From positions 1 through 36,536 of the forward strand of contig LKMP01000008.1 in the NCBI GenBank assembly GCA_001563915.1: a stretch of 36,536 nucleotides of DNA, in the 5' to 3' direction. This document shows positions 7,989-17,346 of the stretch, piece after piece. Source of the DNA: Nanohaloarchaea archaeon B1-Br10_U2g21. Its GTDB lineage: Archaea > Nanohalarchaeota > Nanosalinia > Nanosalinales > Nanosalinaceae. The number at the start of each line of letters is the position of its first letter. The first letter of the stretch is position 1. The translations under genes and the position numbers were made by a program. The notes beneath the pieces are model-generated. The model was not told the origin of the DNA and ran no database searches. It saw only the letters and a program-made list of their open reading frames with translations.

Positions 7989-9614
7989 TTATATTGCTAA
8001 AACTAGTAGGCCGATAAGGCCTACGATTGTCACTATTATTCCTGGTAGCAGGCTTCTGAATCGTACATAACTAGTGATTTCATCTGTCTCGGCTTCCATT
8101 TTTCTTAGTCCGATATGTGTTGAAACTCCTCGGAAGAACCATCCATTCAGGTTTACTTTTTGCCCTACGAGTTCAGGTACGTTTCTCACAGCGAACAATA
8201 AGTTACCTATTACAGGTATCTTGGACTGGTACTGGATAAACATTAGGCCTGTTTCATCCTTAAACATCACGTCTTTTGAGAACTTGTAGCCAGCTTGTCC
8301 TTTACCTATTAGCTCTCCATCAAGCTTAACGTTTTTACCTCTCATAGGAGAGGCATATACGTCTCCTAAGAGTTCTAAAACAGTTTTCTGCTCTGTGTCT
8401 CCTGAGGGATAACGGTAAAGGCTCTTGAAACACATTCCTATTCCTAATGCCATTATTGCTGTTGAAGCAATAGCTAGTCCGCTAATATTTAAACCAGAGA
8501 GTGAGAGGCCTCCAAGCGCTAAAACTGTGATTATTAATGCTGCTTTAGGTAGTTCAGCGACACTGAAATCCTTTACAAAATTGCTGTAGAGTCTTTTCTT
8601 ATCTACGGGATGTTCTTTCTCGATTCTTTCGAAGTCAAACATTGGGTCTTCAGATAAGGAAGATAATGCACGGATTCTTTTTCCGGTTAGAGGGTGCGTT
8701 GACTTTAGTTCAGTTATAAACGCCCAAGGATTCTTCAAATCATATAAAAAGGCCTTAACTAGTGGTGTGAAGTCGTTCAAATTTTCAGAGTTGTGATAGG
8801 CTACCCCATCCTTTTCAGCCATCTCAAAATCAGTTAGGCCTATACTTTCAGTAGCTTTGACAAGTTCTTTGTCATCAGGTTCTGCCATTATACCATAAGC
8901 AACTTTAATCAGAGCAGAAGAAAGGTGATCAGGGTTAGTATGTTCTGCTGCAAAACTATCAGCATAGTATTCTCTCACACGTGAGAGATACAAGAGCAGA
9001 TACTGTCCTAAATAGTAGAAAACAAAGGCAATAATTGCTAGGCCTATGAAGGCCTGTGCTACTCTATCGCGAGAGTTAATTCCCTGTCTGTAAAGTCTGA
9101 CTGCCGCAATGTAAAGTAATTGTACTAAAGTGTTTGCAACAGTCATAACGATAAAATCTCGGTTCGTAATATGGCCTAATTCATGGGCATAAACTGCTGC
9201 GGATTCTTCACTATCGCAGTACTTGAAAAGCCCTTTAGATACTATTATTCGGGAGTTCCACCGACCTGAACCATACGTGAACGCGTTAGGGTTGTCATCG
9301 TGAAGTATGCCTAGTTTAGGCTTACTATAACTGTACTGCGCGGTCACTCTCTCAATAACTTCTGCAGATTCAGGGCTTATCTCTCGAAGATCTTCAAGCT
9401 CTACCCAGTCCATATCATAGAAATAAGTGTAAATGAAGTCGCTAATCTTAGGAGATACTAGCCAAATCACAAAGTTGATTAAAACTACGAAAGCTACTGC
9501 TAAAGGAAGTTCTATAATCCCTGTGAGAAGCATGGCTGAGACCACGACAGTAAACAGAAAGCTGGCTAAAAGCCCTAGAGTAAACGCCGAAGCCAACCAT
9601 AACTTGAACTTCAT
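7989..9614 (-). CDS. htpX: HtpX-like M48 membrane zinc metalloprotease with C-terminal extension
   Basis: PNAFTYG, HELGH, LSRVREYYAD, STHP...RI motifs and TM helices, plus ~200 extra C-terminal residues. Confidence 0.9.
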   Translation of the reverse strand: MKFKLWLASAFTLGLLASFLFTVVVSAMLLTGIIELPLAVAFVVLINFVIWLVSPKISDFIYTYFYDMDWVELEDLREISPESAEVIERVTAQYSYSKPKLGILHDDNPNAFTYGSGRWNSRIIVSKGLFKYCDSEESAAVYAHELGHITNRDFIVMTVANTLVQLLYIAAVRLYRQGINSRDRVAQAFIGLAIIAFVFYYLGQYLLLYLSRVREYYADSFAAEHTNPDHLSSALIKVAYGIMAEPDDKELVKATESIGLTDFEMAEKDGVAYHNSENLNDFTPLVKAFLYDLKNPWAFITELKSTHPLTGKRIRALSSLSEDPMFDFERIEKEHPVDKKRLYSNFVKDFSVAELPKAALIITVLALGGLSLSGLNISGLAIASTAIMALGIGMCFKSLYRYPSGDTEQKTVLELLGDVYASPMRGKNVKLDGELIGKGQAGYKFSKDVMFKDETGLMFIQYQSKIPVIGNLLFAVRNVPELVGQKVNLNGWFFRGVSTHIGLRKMEAETDEITSYVRFRSLLPGIIVTIVGLIGLLVLAI

Positions 9615-9646
9615 ATAAAGAAATTCTTGAAACCAACTTTAAATTA

Positions 9647-10030
9647 CTACTTGAGTAGTCTTACCAGACCAGGTTTTATCATTTCAAGGTTGGGAGATAG
9701 ATTAATTTCGTTTAAATCTTGAGCGTTGAACCATTGTAAGTCTGAAAATTTTTTCTCTTGAACTTCAGGTGTTCCCTTGCTAGAAGCAAGGTATCCATGC
9801 CAGAGATATAGTTCATTATTGTGCTGAAACTCTCCGCTAAAAAATGGTTTTTCAAGCGATACATCGACTCCTATTTCTTCCTTACACTCTCTTATAGCCG
9901 CATCTGTTGGCGACTCACTATCCTTTACTTTGCCTCCAGGAACCTCCCAGTGATCTTCATCAGGCCTATAAATTAGAAGAAGACTACCCTCCTCTATTAT
10001 TAGACAACCCGATAGTTCTTTGTAATCCAT
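9647..10030 (-). CDS. NUDIX hydrolase (MutT-like)
   Basis: Nudix box WEVPGGKV...ES...AAIRECKEEIG. Confidence 0.92.
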   Translation of the reverse strand: MDYKELSGCLIIEEGSLLLIYRPDEDHWEVPGGKVKDSESPTDAAIRECKEEIGVDVSLEKPFFSGEFQHNNELYLWHGYLASSKGTPEVQEKKFSDLQWFNAQDLNEINLSPNLEMIKPGLVRLLK

Positions 10031-10428
10031 TAAAAGACCTCTCTTATCTTTGAAGCTATTTCCTCTCCTTTTTCCAGTTCTTCTCTCTTGTAGTCTACTT
10101 CTATTTCATCGCCCGTATAACGAGGAGTGATATGAAAATGCAAGTGGAAAACTTCTTGTCCAGCCACTTCACCATTATTTTGCGAAATGTTTAGTCCTTC
10201 AGCATCAAAGGCAGTCTTCACTGCATCGCTCACCTCTACTAGAGCATCCCACATATAATCCATCTCTGATGCCTCATAAATATTTTCTACGTGTCCTTTT
10301 GGAATCACGAGAGTATGGCCTTTAGAAGAAGGATTTACGTCTAGAAATGCCAGCACTTTTTCATCTTCATAAACTTTGTGTGCCGGGATTTCGCCATCTA
10401 TTATCTTACAAAAAATGCAGTTGCTCAT
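10030..10428 (-). CDS. HIT family nucleotide hydrolase (Hint/PKCI-like)
   Basis: CIFCKI, AFLD.NP...GHTLVIPK, GQ.VFHLHFHI histidine triad; TAATG-coupled to the NUDIX gene. Confidence 0.95.
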   Translation of the reverse strand: MSNCIFCKIIDGEIPAHKVYEDEKVLAFLDVNPSSKGHTLVIPKGHVENIYEASEMDYMWDALVEVSDAVKTAFDAEGLNISQNNGEVAGQEVFHLHFHITPRYTGDEIEVDYKREELEKGEEIASKIREVF

Positions 10429-10537
10429 GTTAATTCTTTAGGTTTTCAAATATTTGAATTATGTGCTGCCTAGAGTATAATTGGTTTAGAGGCGGATATG
10501 CAGATATTCTTTTTAACTAACATTTCGAAGATTAATT

Positions 10538-10978
10538 ATGGTTAAAGCGCAGTCTGCGATTGAGTATTTGATGACTTATGGTTGGATGCTTCTCGTAGTA
10601 GCAATCGTTGGAGGCCTAATTTTTACACTAGCGCAAGATCAAGATGTTGAAGAAGTGACTGGTTTTGATGGTCAGGCGGTAATAGTAAGCGATTTTGGCG
10701 TAAATACTGATGATCAACTGACTTTAGAAGTGCTCAATGCTAGAAGAGGGACTGCGGAAGTCCATAATGTTACAGTAGAAGGTGATAGAGGGCTAAGATT
10801 TAATGATACAGAAATGGAGTTGGGCTCTCAAGAATATAAGCAGGTTAAGGTTGATGGTTTCGCAACAAATGATACTGCGCAACAATACAGTGTGGTAATA
10901 GATTTTGACAGGGGAGACCTAACAGGACTAGAGTCTTCAGGAGGTTTTGCTGGAGGAGTCCGTATGATTAATGAGTGA
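10538..10978 (+). CDS. Archaeal type IV pilin-like protein (class III signal peptide)
   Basis: MVKA|QSAIEYLMTYGWMLLVVAIVGG: basic residue, A|Q cleavage site, E at +5, hydrophobic helix, then a small beta domain. Confidence 0.85.
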   Translation: MVKAQSAIEYLMTYGWMLLVVAIVGGLIFTLAQDQDVEEVTGFDGQAVIVSDFGVNTDDQLTLEVLNARRGTAEVHNVTVEGDRGLRFNDTEMELGSQEYKQVKVDGFATNDTAQQYSVVIDFDRGDLTGLESSGGFAGGVRMINE

Positions 10979-11017
10979 TTTAAAAGTATTAACTTCTGTT
11001 TCTATTTTACGGTTTGC

Positions 11018-11092
11018 GCGGCTATAGTGTAGTCCGGCCAATCATCTCGGCCTTTCGAGCCGAAGACCCGGGTTCAAATCCCGGTAGCCGCA
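11018..11092 (+). tRNA. tRNA-Glu(TTC)
   Basis: Acceptor gcggcta/tagccgc; anticodon arm tcggc-ctTTCga-gccga; T arm ccggg-ttcaaat-cccgg; no intron. Confidence 0.97.
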
Positions 11093-11319
11093 ACCACGTA
11101 TACATTATTTTTCTAGTCGTTCTTCCGTTCATAGCTGTCAGAGCAGGTTATGAAATAGAAAGAAGTATTTAGACCTTGCCGCATTTCCTAGAAACAGGTT
11201 TAAATGCTTCTAAGAGTTGCATAAATAGTACGATTGTCTTATAAATCTCTGAAATTTGATGTTCGCTTATCATCGAACAGGTCTTAGTATTTTTTAAGCT
11301 CTGAATTCAATTTTACGTC

Positions 11320-12405
11320 ATGAAACAAGTTCTGATTCTGCTGTTTTTTTTAACTGCTATGATTGGAGGCGGTCAGGCTTCTGAATATTCGGAATCGTTT
11401 AAAGTTCATTTAGGAGAAGAGGTTGAGCTTGAGGGATATGATTTTCGATATAACGATAGAACAGGTGAAAATGTTTTCACAGTTCTAGCTAGGTCTAATG
11501 GCAGCTTAGTTATACAGGATCAGGTAAGAGGTGATGATATATTCTCAGAAATGGGAGAGGTTAGAGAGATTGATGACGAAACTCATTATGAAATAGTTGA
11601 TATTGATGCTGACGACGAAGGCTTGTATTTAGATATGCAGGTTAATGCATCCGAACCAATATTTGATTCTGCAGATATAACTACGGATGATCCTTCAAAC
11701 GTCTTTGTGGCTCAAGGCGATGAGATGGAGATAACTCTAGACTTAGAAAACACTGGTGTTGTAGACCAATCCTTTGAATTGGATGCAGAAACCCATGAAG
11801 CAATAGATACTTTTTTTGTATTTGACGAGTTCGAAGTATCGGAAATCGAAGTTCCAAGAGGAGAGACTCAGCAGATAACTTTGGAAATAGAGCTATCTGA
11901 AGATGTGCCTACCGGTCCTCAAGAGATGAATATTACTGCTGAAGGTAACACTCAAGCCTCAGAAACGTTCAGTTTTGAAGTCAGAGGTCAGCAGTTGCAA
12001 GAACCATATTTGAATATGGATATTTCCGAGAGTTTCATTAGATTAAATCCTGGAGAAGAAGAAAATATTCCTATCGTATTCCGGAACGAGGGACAAGTTC
12101 CTGTGGAAGATATTGGTCTTGAGGCCGAATCTGACGGGCTGGATATTGATATTCCCGAGACTGAGATGACTCTCGAACAGTTTGATAGAGAGGAGTTAGT
12201 TGTACAAGTTTCAGCTCCTGAAGATATGGAGCCAGGAGACTATTTTGTGGAATTTGAGGCGGGGGCAGAGAATGTTGATGAGCAGTCTGAAGAAATGCGA
12301 GTAAATATTACTGAAGAAACAGTTCTAAGATATGTGGGGCTGGCAATAATGATTGGCAGTTTAGGGGCGTTGATAGCTGTTTACAGGAGATTTGGGAGGA
12401 GATAA
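11320..12405 (+). CDS. Membrane-anchored extracellular Ig-like protein (COG1470/NEW3-like), ABC-associated
   Basis: Signal peptide, two 'L.N.G...' Ig-like modules, C-terminal TM + YRRFGRR; first gene of the ABC operon. Confidence 0.8.
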   Translation: MKQVLILLFFLTAMIGGGQASEYSESFKVHLGEEVELEGYDFRYNDRTGENVFTVLARSNGSLVIQDQVRGDDIFSEMGEVREIDDETHYEIVDIDADDEGLYLDMQVNASEPIFDSADITTDDPSNVFVAQGDEMEITLDLENTGVVDQSFELDAETHEAIDTFFVFDEFEVSEIEVPRGETQQITLEIELSEDVPTGPQEMNITAEGNTQASETFSFEVRGQQLQEPYLNMDISESFIRLNPGEEENIPIVFRNEGQVPVEDIGLEAESDGLDIDIPETEMTLEQFDREELVVQVSAPEDMEPGDYFVEFEAGAENVDEQSEEMRVNITEETVLRYVGLAIMIGSLGALIAVYRRFGRR

Positions 12406-12408
12406 AAG

Positions 12409-13287
12409 GTGGTTCTTGAACTTGAGGCTGTACACAAGAGTTACGGCAATCATAGAGTTCTTAAAGGAGTAAATTTGGAGGTGTCTGAAGGCGAAATATA
12501 TGGGCTATTAGGTCCTAACGGTGCCGGTAAAACAACGCTTTTCCAGACAGTTATAGGTATGCTAAGACACGACTCAGGAACGATAAAGGTCGATGGAAAA
12601 CTAAATACGGAGGGAAAAGAAATTAAAGCCGAGATAGGTTATTTGCCTTCTGATATAAACTTCTATGAAAGCATGAACTCTATAGAAAACCTTCAATTTT
12701 TTGCTGATTTAGCAGAAACAAATCCTGATATACATAGTCTTCTGAAATTAGTAGGTTTGGAGGATGACAAACATAGGAAGGTTGGAGAGTATTCTACAGG
12801 AATGAAAAAACGGTTAGGAGTAGCTCAGGCGTTAGTAAAGGATCCTAAAATCGCTATTTTTGATGAACCGACTACAGGTCTTGATCCTGAAGGCAAGAAT
12901 AAGTTTCGACATCATGTTGAAAAAATAAATGAGGAAAAGAACATGACTATAATAATCTCGTCGCACGTGACTACGGAAATATCTTCTTTGTGCGATAGAT
13001 TCGGTATACTCTTTGAAGGCGTTATAAAGTCTTCAGGGACTAAAGAGGAGCTTTCAGGCAAAGTAGATTCGGATAATAGGAGCAGTGTGACAGTGGGTAG
13101 TCCCAGCAAGGCTGAAGAGATATTTAAGAAGAATGACATTGAGTACTCTAGGACTGGCAGAAAATTTCTGTTAGAAGCTGAGGATGAGCAAGCACTTTTA
13201 ACCAAGCTGAGCAAAGAGGCCAAAATCAAGAGCTTTGAGTCGGAAGAAGCCTCTCTTGAGGCTGCTTATCTCGAATTAACGAAGTGA
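12409..13287 (+). CDS. ABC transporter ATP-binding protein (ABC-2/CcmA-like)
   Basis: Walker A GPNGAGKTT, signature YSTGMKKR, Walker B IFDEPTTGLD, SSH switch. Confidence 0.96.
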   Translation: MVLELEAVHKSYGNHRVLKGVNLEVSEGEIYGLLGPNGAGKTTLFQTVIGMLRHDSGTIKVDGKLNTEGKEIKAEIGYLPSDINFYESMNSIENLQFFADLAETNPDIHSLLKLVGLEDDKHRKVGEYSTGMKKRLGVAQALVKDPKIAIFDEPTTGLDPEGKNKFRHHVEKINEEKNMTIIISSHVTTEISSLCDRFGILFEGVIKSSGTKEELSGKVDSDNRSSVTVGSPSKAEEIFKKNDIEYSRTGRKFLLEAEDEQALLTKLSKEAKIKSFESEEASLEAAYLELTK

Positions 13288-13293
13288 TTTTAT

Positions 13294-14304
13294 ATGGGAG
13301 ATATGTGGGATATTGCTGCAAAGCAGATGAGAGACAGTTTTTCTAAGAAGAGGTTTATGCTGGTTGTAGGCCTATTTTTTGTGTTAACTCTTGGTTCAGT
13401 TTATCTGGGTATAGATGCATATCAGACGGATATGGATAATTATTTAGATCCCGGAACAATCCATGCGGATGAACCGTCTTTTATGCAGATTTATGAGCCA
13501 TTGGTTGGATTTAGTATGGCTATGGTAGCAGGAATCTTAGGTTTGATAATTAGTTATAATTCAATTTCACGGGAACGCAGAGATGGAACGATAGAGATAC
13601 TGCTTTCTTACCCTATATATAGAGATGAGATAATAAACGGCAAAATTGTTGCTAATATCTTTATTGTGGCTTTTTCACTTCTTCTAGCATTTTTAGCTAC
13701 TTCAGGCCTGGCTATGTATTTGTTAGACGCTGTTCCAACTATGGAAGAAGTTTCAAGAATTGCTTTCCTATGGATAGGGACAACTATATACATAACCTTC
13801 TTTATAGGTCTTGGAACTCTTTTATCAACTGTTTTTAGGTCTCAATGGCGATCACTAGCCACAGGAAGTCTTTTGCTCCTATTATTCATAGGGATGCCAT
13901 TTATTGCAGGCATAGCAGCAAATTATATTTATGAAATGCCAGAGCCTGAGTATCAGCCGCAGCCGATGCATAGAGAAGTTACTGAAGAAACAGAAGTAGG
14001 AGAAGTTCAACTGGAAAATCCGGAACCAGACAATAATGATCAAGAGGATACAGAGCAGAGAAGAGAAGAGATAAGAGCTAAAAGAGAAAGATTTGTCCGT
14101 ACCTCGGAGCGTCTATCTCCTGCTACTACTTACAACCAATATACAGGCAATATGCTAGGAACAAGATTCGAGTCCGGTGAAAATGTAAGACCTACCTTCG
14201 AAGAAAGTCTTTCTGCATCAATAGATGCGTTAATTTATCTTCTAAGCCATGTTGCGATGGTCTTTACAGCAGCCTATGCAGTGTTCCTTAGACAAGATCT
14301 CTAG
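13294..14304 (+). CDS. ABC-2 type permease (NosY-like)
   Basis: ISRERRDGTIEILLSYPIYR.EI..GK motif, six TM helices, C-terminal FLRQDL. Confidence 0.92.
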   Translation: MGDMWDIAAKQMRDSFSKKRFMLVVGLFFVLTLGSVYLGIDAYQTDMDNYLDPGTIHADEPSFMQIYEPLVGFSMAMVAGILGLIISYNSISRERRDGTIEILLSYPIYRDEIINGKIVANIFIVAFSLLLAFLATSGLAMYLLDAVPTMEEVSRIAFLWIGTTIYITFFIGLGTLLSTVFRSQWRSLATGSLLLLLFIGMPFIAGIAANYIYEMPEPEYQPQPMHREVTEETEVGEVQLENPEPDNNDQEDTEQRREEIRAKRERFVRTSERLSPATTYNQYTGNMLGTRFESGENVRPTFEESLSASIDALIYLLSHVAMVFTAAYAVFLRQDL

Positions 14305-14624
14305 TTTCTTACGAACTCTGCGCCATGATTCTGTAAATATGCCTGCCACATATATCGTAGACGTGTCCAGCACTTTTCTACTGGATCATTAACTTGGAAA
14401 AATAGGAAGTGCCAGTCATTATTGTTTAACTGTACTTTGATACAGGGGTGTACAGATCCTGTCTCAAGTTTAAGCCCGGTTATATCATTGAAATGTGCCT
14501 TGTCAAGAATTTTTTCATCAGGATACTGTTCGAGTATGTTTTCCCATTCGCCTCGTTTTTTCCGCTCAAAATGTTCTGTTGTAATGTATACGTCGCCGAG
14601 TTGGGACTTGAACTTTGAAACCAT
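14301..14624 (-). CDS. Hypothetical protein
   Basis: 107-aa ATG ORF filling the gap, convergent with the permease; no recognised motif. Confidence 0.65.
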   Translation of the reverse strand: MVSKFKSQLGDVYITTEHFERKKRGEWENILEQYPDEKILDKAHFNDITGLKLETGSVHPCIKVQLNNNDWHFLFFQVNDPVEKCWTRLRYMWQAYLQNHGAEFVRN

Positions 14625-14702
14625 GTAAAAATATATTATAGTCCTAGAATTTAGAGGTTAATGGTTCTATATCGTTCCAAATTTTTTCCTTTAGTGTGTT
14701 TT

Positions 14703-15404
14703 CTAATCGCCTATATAGTCGCCATTAACTCTTCTAAAATCGGGTTGCTCCATTTCTTCTCTGACATGTGCTACTAATCCAGGAGTCCTAGCGATAATAA
14801 AAAACCCTTTACCAAGTTCTGGTTCAAAACTGAGATCGCTCATTATTCCTGCTATTGCGCCATCAACGTTTAACACTAGTCTAGTTTTTTCCTCTCCAAA
14901 AATTCTATGAATTTTCAGCATCTTTTCAGTGTATTTTCCTTTTAAATTCAGTTTCTCTGCAGTCTCTAGCATTTTCATACTTCTAGGATCTTCTTTTTCA
15001 TAGACTTTATGCCCTAAGCCCGGTATTTTTTCTCCAGCCTCTAACTTTTTTTCTACTATTTTCTCTGCCGAGGTCTCTGATTGGAGTAAGTCCATACATT
15101 CTTCGATTGCTCCGCCGTGTTTATCTCCTAGAGCCATTATACCTGCAGCTACTGAAGTGTTCATAGAATTTCCTCCGCTTTGTACTGTTCGAGAAGCAAC
15201 TGTTGAAGGATTTCCTATCCCATGATCGATACAGCTTGATAGAATTGTGTTAAATATCTCTGATTCTCTTTCTGTAGGCTTTTCGCCTTTCAGGATCAGA
15301 AATATTGCATCGCTAAATGGCATATCCATTACTGTCTCTAAATCTATGCCTCTAACTTTTGAGTTATCGCCGGAAGAAGATATTTCGGTTTCCCAGTTTG
15401 CCAT
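14703..15404 (-). CDS. Citryl-CoA lyase (stand-alone citrate-synthase-like domain)
   Basis: DHG...S, GDKHGGAIE, IPGLGHK, LNVDGAI, ARTPGL.AH motifs; 233 aa is too short for a full citrate synthase. Confidence 0.88.
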   Translation of the reverse strand: MANWETEISSSGDNSKVRGIDLETVMDMPFSDAIFLILKGEKPTERESEIFNTILSSCIDHGIGNPSTVASRTVQSGGNSMNTSVAAGIMALGDKHGGAIEECMDLLQSETSAEKIVEKKLEAGEKIPGLGHKVYEKEDPRSMKMLETAEKLNLKGKYTEKMLKIHRIFGEEKTRLVLNVDGAIAGIMSDLSFEPELGKGFFIIARTPGLVAHVREEMEQPDFRRVNGDYIGD

Positions 15405-15428
15405 GATAATAATTTTTCTAGAGAATAG

Positions 15429-15836
15429 TTAATTCTTTGGATTTTGTTTACTTTGATAATACTTTTCGGTTCTTTCCTCTAACTTAGGGAAAATATCAGA
15501 AGCTATAGAATCAGCATAGGAATCAGGAGAGCTTATATTGTTATCAACATTCAGAAATTTTCTCACAAGACCATTAAGCGAAAATTCTACGCCATAATCA
15601 ATTCTCCAGCTTGACTGTGTTGCATCTTCTTCAGAGTACGCCATCCCTGAGTAAATAGTGTACGTGATACTATCTTCGCCTACTTCTTTCACGAGCTCAC
15701 GGCTCTCGTCATTATTAGCATGGTCTATGACGGCCATAGGGTTCAGAGCGTATCGATTATTCCCCTCGACATTGACTGGTAATTCATACATCTGCCAATC
15801 ATCCGTAGATTTTGAATTCTGTTCCGTGGTACTCAC
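15429..15836 (-). CDS. Hypothetical protein inside the citrate-cleavage operon
   Basis: 135-aa acidic ORF whose GTG start overlaps the upstream stop (GTGA). Confidence 0.65.
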   Translation of the reverse strand: MSTTEQNSKSTDDWQMYELPVNVEGNNRYALNPMAVIDHANNDESRELVKEVGEDSITYTIYSGMAYSEEDATQSSWRIDYGVEFSLNGLVRKFLNVDNNISSPDSYADSIASDIFPKLEERTEKYYQSKQNPKN

Positions 15837-16720
15837 AGTATCTCCTCAAGCACATCACTTATTTCATGATGCACATCTACCACATGAGCTCCTGAATCTT
15901 TTAGAACCTTTTTTTTGTAGCTAGGGCTTTCTTCATTTTCTCTTATAATTGCTCCAGCATGACCATATTGTTGAGAGGGCAGAGATTCAGTAAACTCTCC
16001 TGCAATAAAGGCAACAACAGGTTTAGAGAACTCTTCCTCAATATATCTTGCGGCCTCTAACTCATATCGTCCGCCAAGCTCTCCAAACATTACGACTGCG
16101 TCAGTTTGACTATCTTTTTCAAACAATTTTAGACAGTCTTTAAAGTTCGTACTTGCTATACGATCGCCTCCAAGACCCAAAGCAGTTGAAATACCTAAAC
16201 CGGACTGCCCTAATACATGAGCAGTCTCTGTTGTCATGCCGCCGCTCTTAGACATTAAGCCAATGTGGCCTTGCTGATAAACTTTTTCAGTATCTTTGCC
16301 TCCTATAGGCCCGAGCTTTGATTTGCCTGGAGAGATTATACCAACTGACGTAGGCCCTACCACTCTAGCACCAGTGTTCTGGGCTTTCCTGTAAATTTGC
16401 CACGCATCCTTTACTGGCACGCGTTCAGTAACAATATTCAGAAGAGGTATTCCGGATTCTAAAGCTTCAAAAGCTGCATCCTTCGCCGCAAAGTGAGGCA
16501 CATATACTAAAGAAGCGTTTATATCAGGATAGTCTTCTAGAGCTTCTTCAACGGTATCATATACAGGCACACCTTCTACATTTTCACCGCCTTTTCCCGG
16601 AGTAACTCCTGCAAGTATTTCAGTTCCGTAATCAAGCATTTCAGGAACTTTTTCTGAAGCCTCTCGACCCGTTATTCCTTGCACAAGCACTTTTGTATTC
16701 TTATCTATTAGTATGCTCAT
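15833..16720 (-). CDS. SucD-like CoA-binding subunit (citryl-CoA synthetase small subunit / ACL N-terminal part)
   Basis: VLVQGITG, GVTPGKGG, GP..VGII.PG, SKSGGMT, GLGGD, phospho-His motif QYGHAGAII. Confidence 0.9.
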   Translation of the reverse strand: MSILIDKNTKVLVQGITGREASEKVPEMLDYGTEILAGVTPGKGGENVEGVPVYDTVEEALEDYPDINASLVYVPHFAAKDAAFEALESGIPLLNIVTERVPVKDAWQIYRKAQNTGARVVGPTSVGIISPGKSKLGPIGGKDTEKVYQQGHIGLMSKSGGMTTETAHVLGQSGLGISTALGLGGDRIASTNFKDCLKLFEKDSQTDAVVMFGELGGRYELEAARYIEEEFSKPVVAFIAGEFTESLPSQQYGHAGAIIRENEESPSYKKKVLKDSGAHVVDVHHEISDVLEEIL

Positions 16721-17346
16721 TTTAACACTCTTAGTACTGCTTTAACATCATTGTAGCTGACTTTTTTGATTTTAAGACCGCTATAATGAGTACCAAATAC
16801 ACAGTACTGAGTTACCCAGACAAAGCTCATCTCAGTTTTTTCAGCGGCAAGATCTCTGTCCACATTATTTCCAAAATATGCAAATCTTTCTCGCTCTTCA
16901 TCCCTTTGGCTTAGAAAAGCCTCGAATATTTCTTCATTAGGCTTCTTAACCCCGACTTCTTCCGAGACCACTAGGCCTTTGTAATCTAATTCAGCATCCG
17001 AGAACACTTTAGTATAGAATTTTTTGGCCTCAATTGAGTTGTCGCTGATAAATCCTATTGGCCCAAATTCAGAATCTATCTTTTTTAGCTCTGGAATTAT
17101 TTCTTCTTTCAAAAATTTTTCTGCCCAAATCTCATATTTTTCCTTAATTATTGAAGGATTAGCGTGAAGCCCTTCTGAATCTAGCCATCTTGCCACTTCT
17201 TCAGTCTTAAAAACATTGAAACTATTAATCGGCATTTTTACAGGAGTTTGGCCGTTTCTTTCTAGCTCTTTTGAAACAAATTCGTTTATTTTGCTGTTAT
17301 CAGGGATTAAAGTGTCTCCTATGTCAAATACAGGGATTTTATTCAT
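16717..17346 (-). CDS. HAD-superfamily hydrolase
   Basis: FDIGDTL motif I, ISDN motif II, KP motif III, GN...D motif IV; ATGA-coupled on both sides. Confidence 0.85.
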   Translation of the reverse strand: MNKIPVFDIGDTLIPDNSKINEFVSKELERNGQTPVKMPINSFNVFKTEEVARWLDSEGLHANPSIIKEKYEIWAEKFLKEEIIPELKKIDSEFGPIGFISDNSIEAKKFYTKVFSDAELDYKGLVVSEEVGVKKPNEEIFEAFLSQRDEERERFAYFGNNVDRDLAAEKTEMSFVWVTQYCVFGTHYSGLKIKKVSYNDVKAVLRVLK

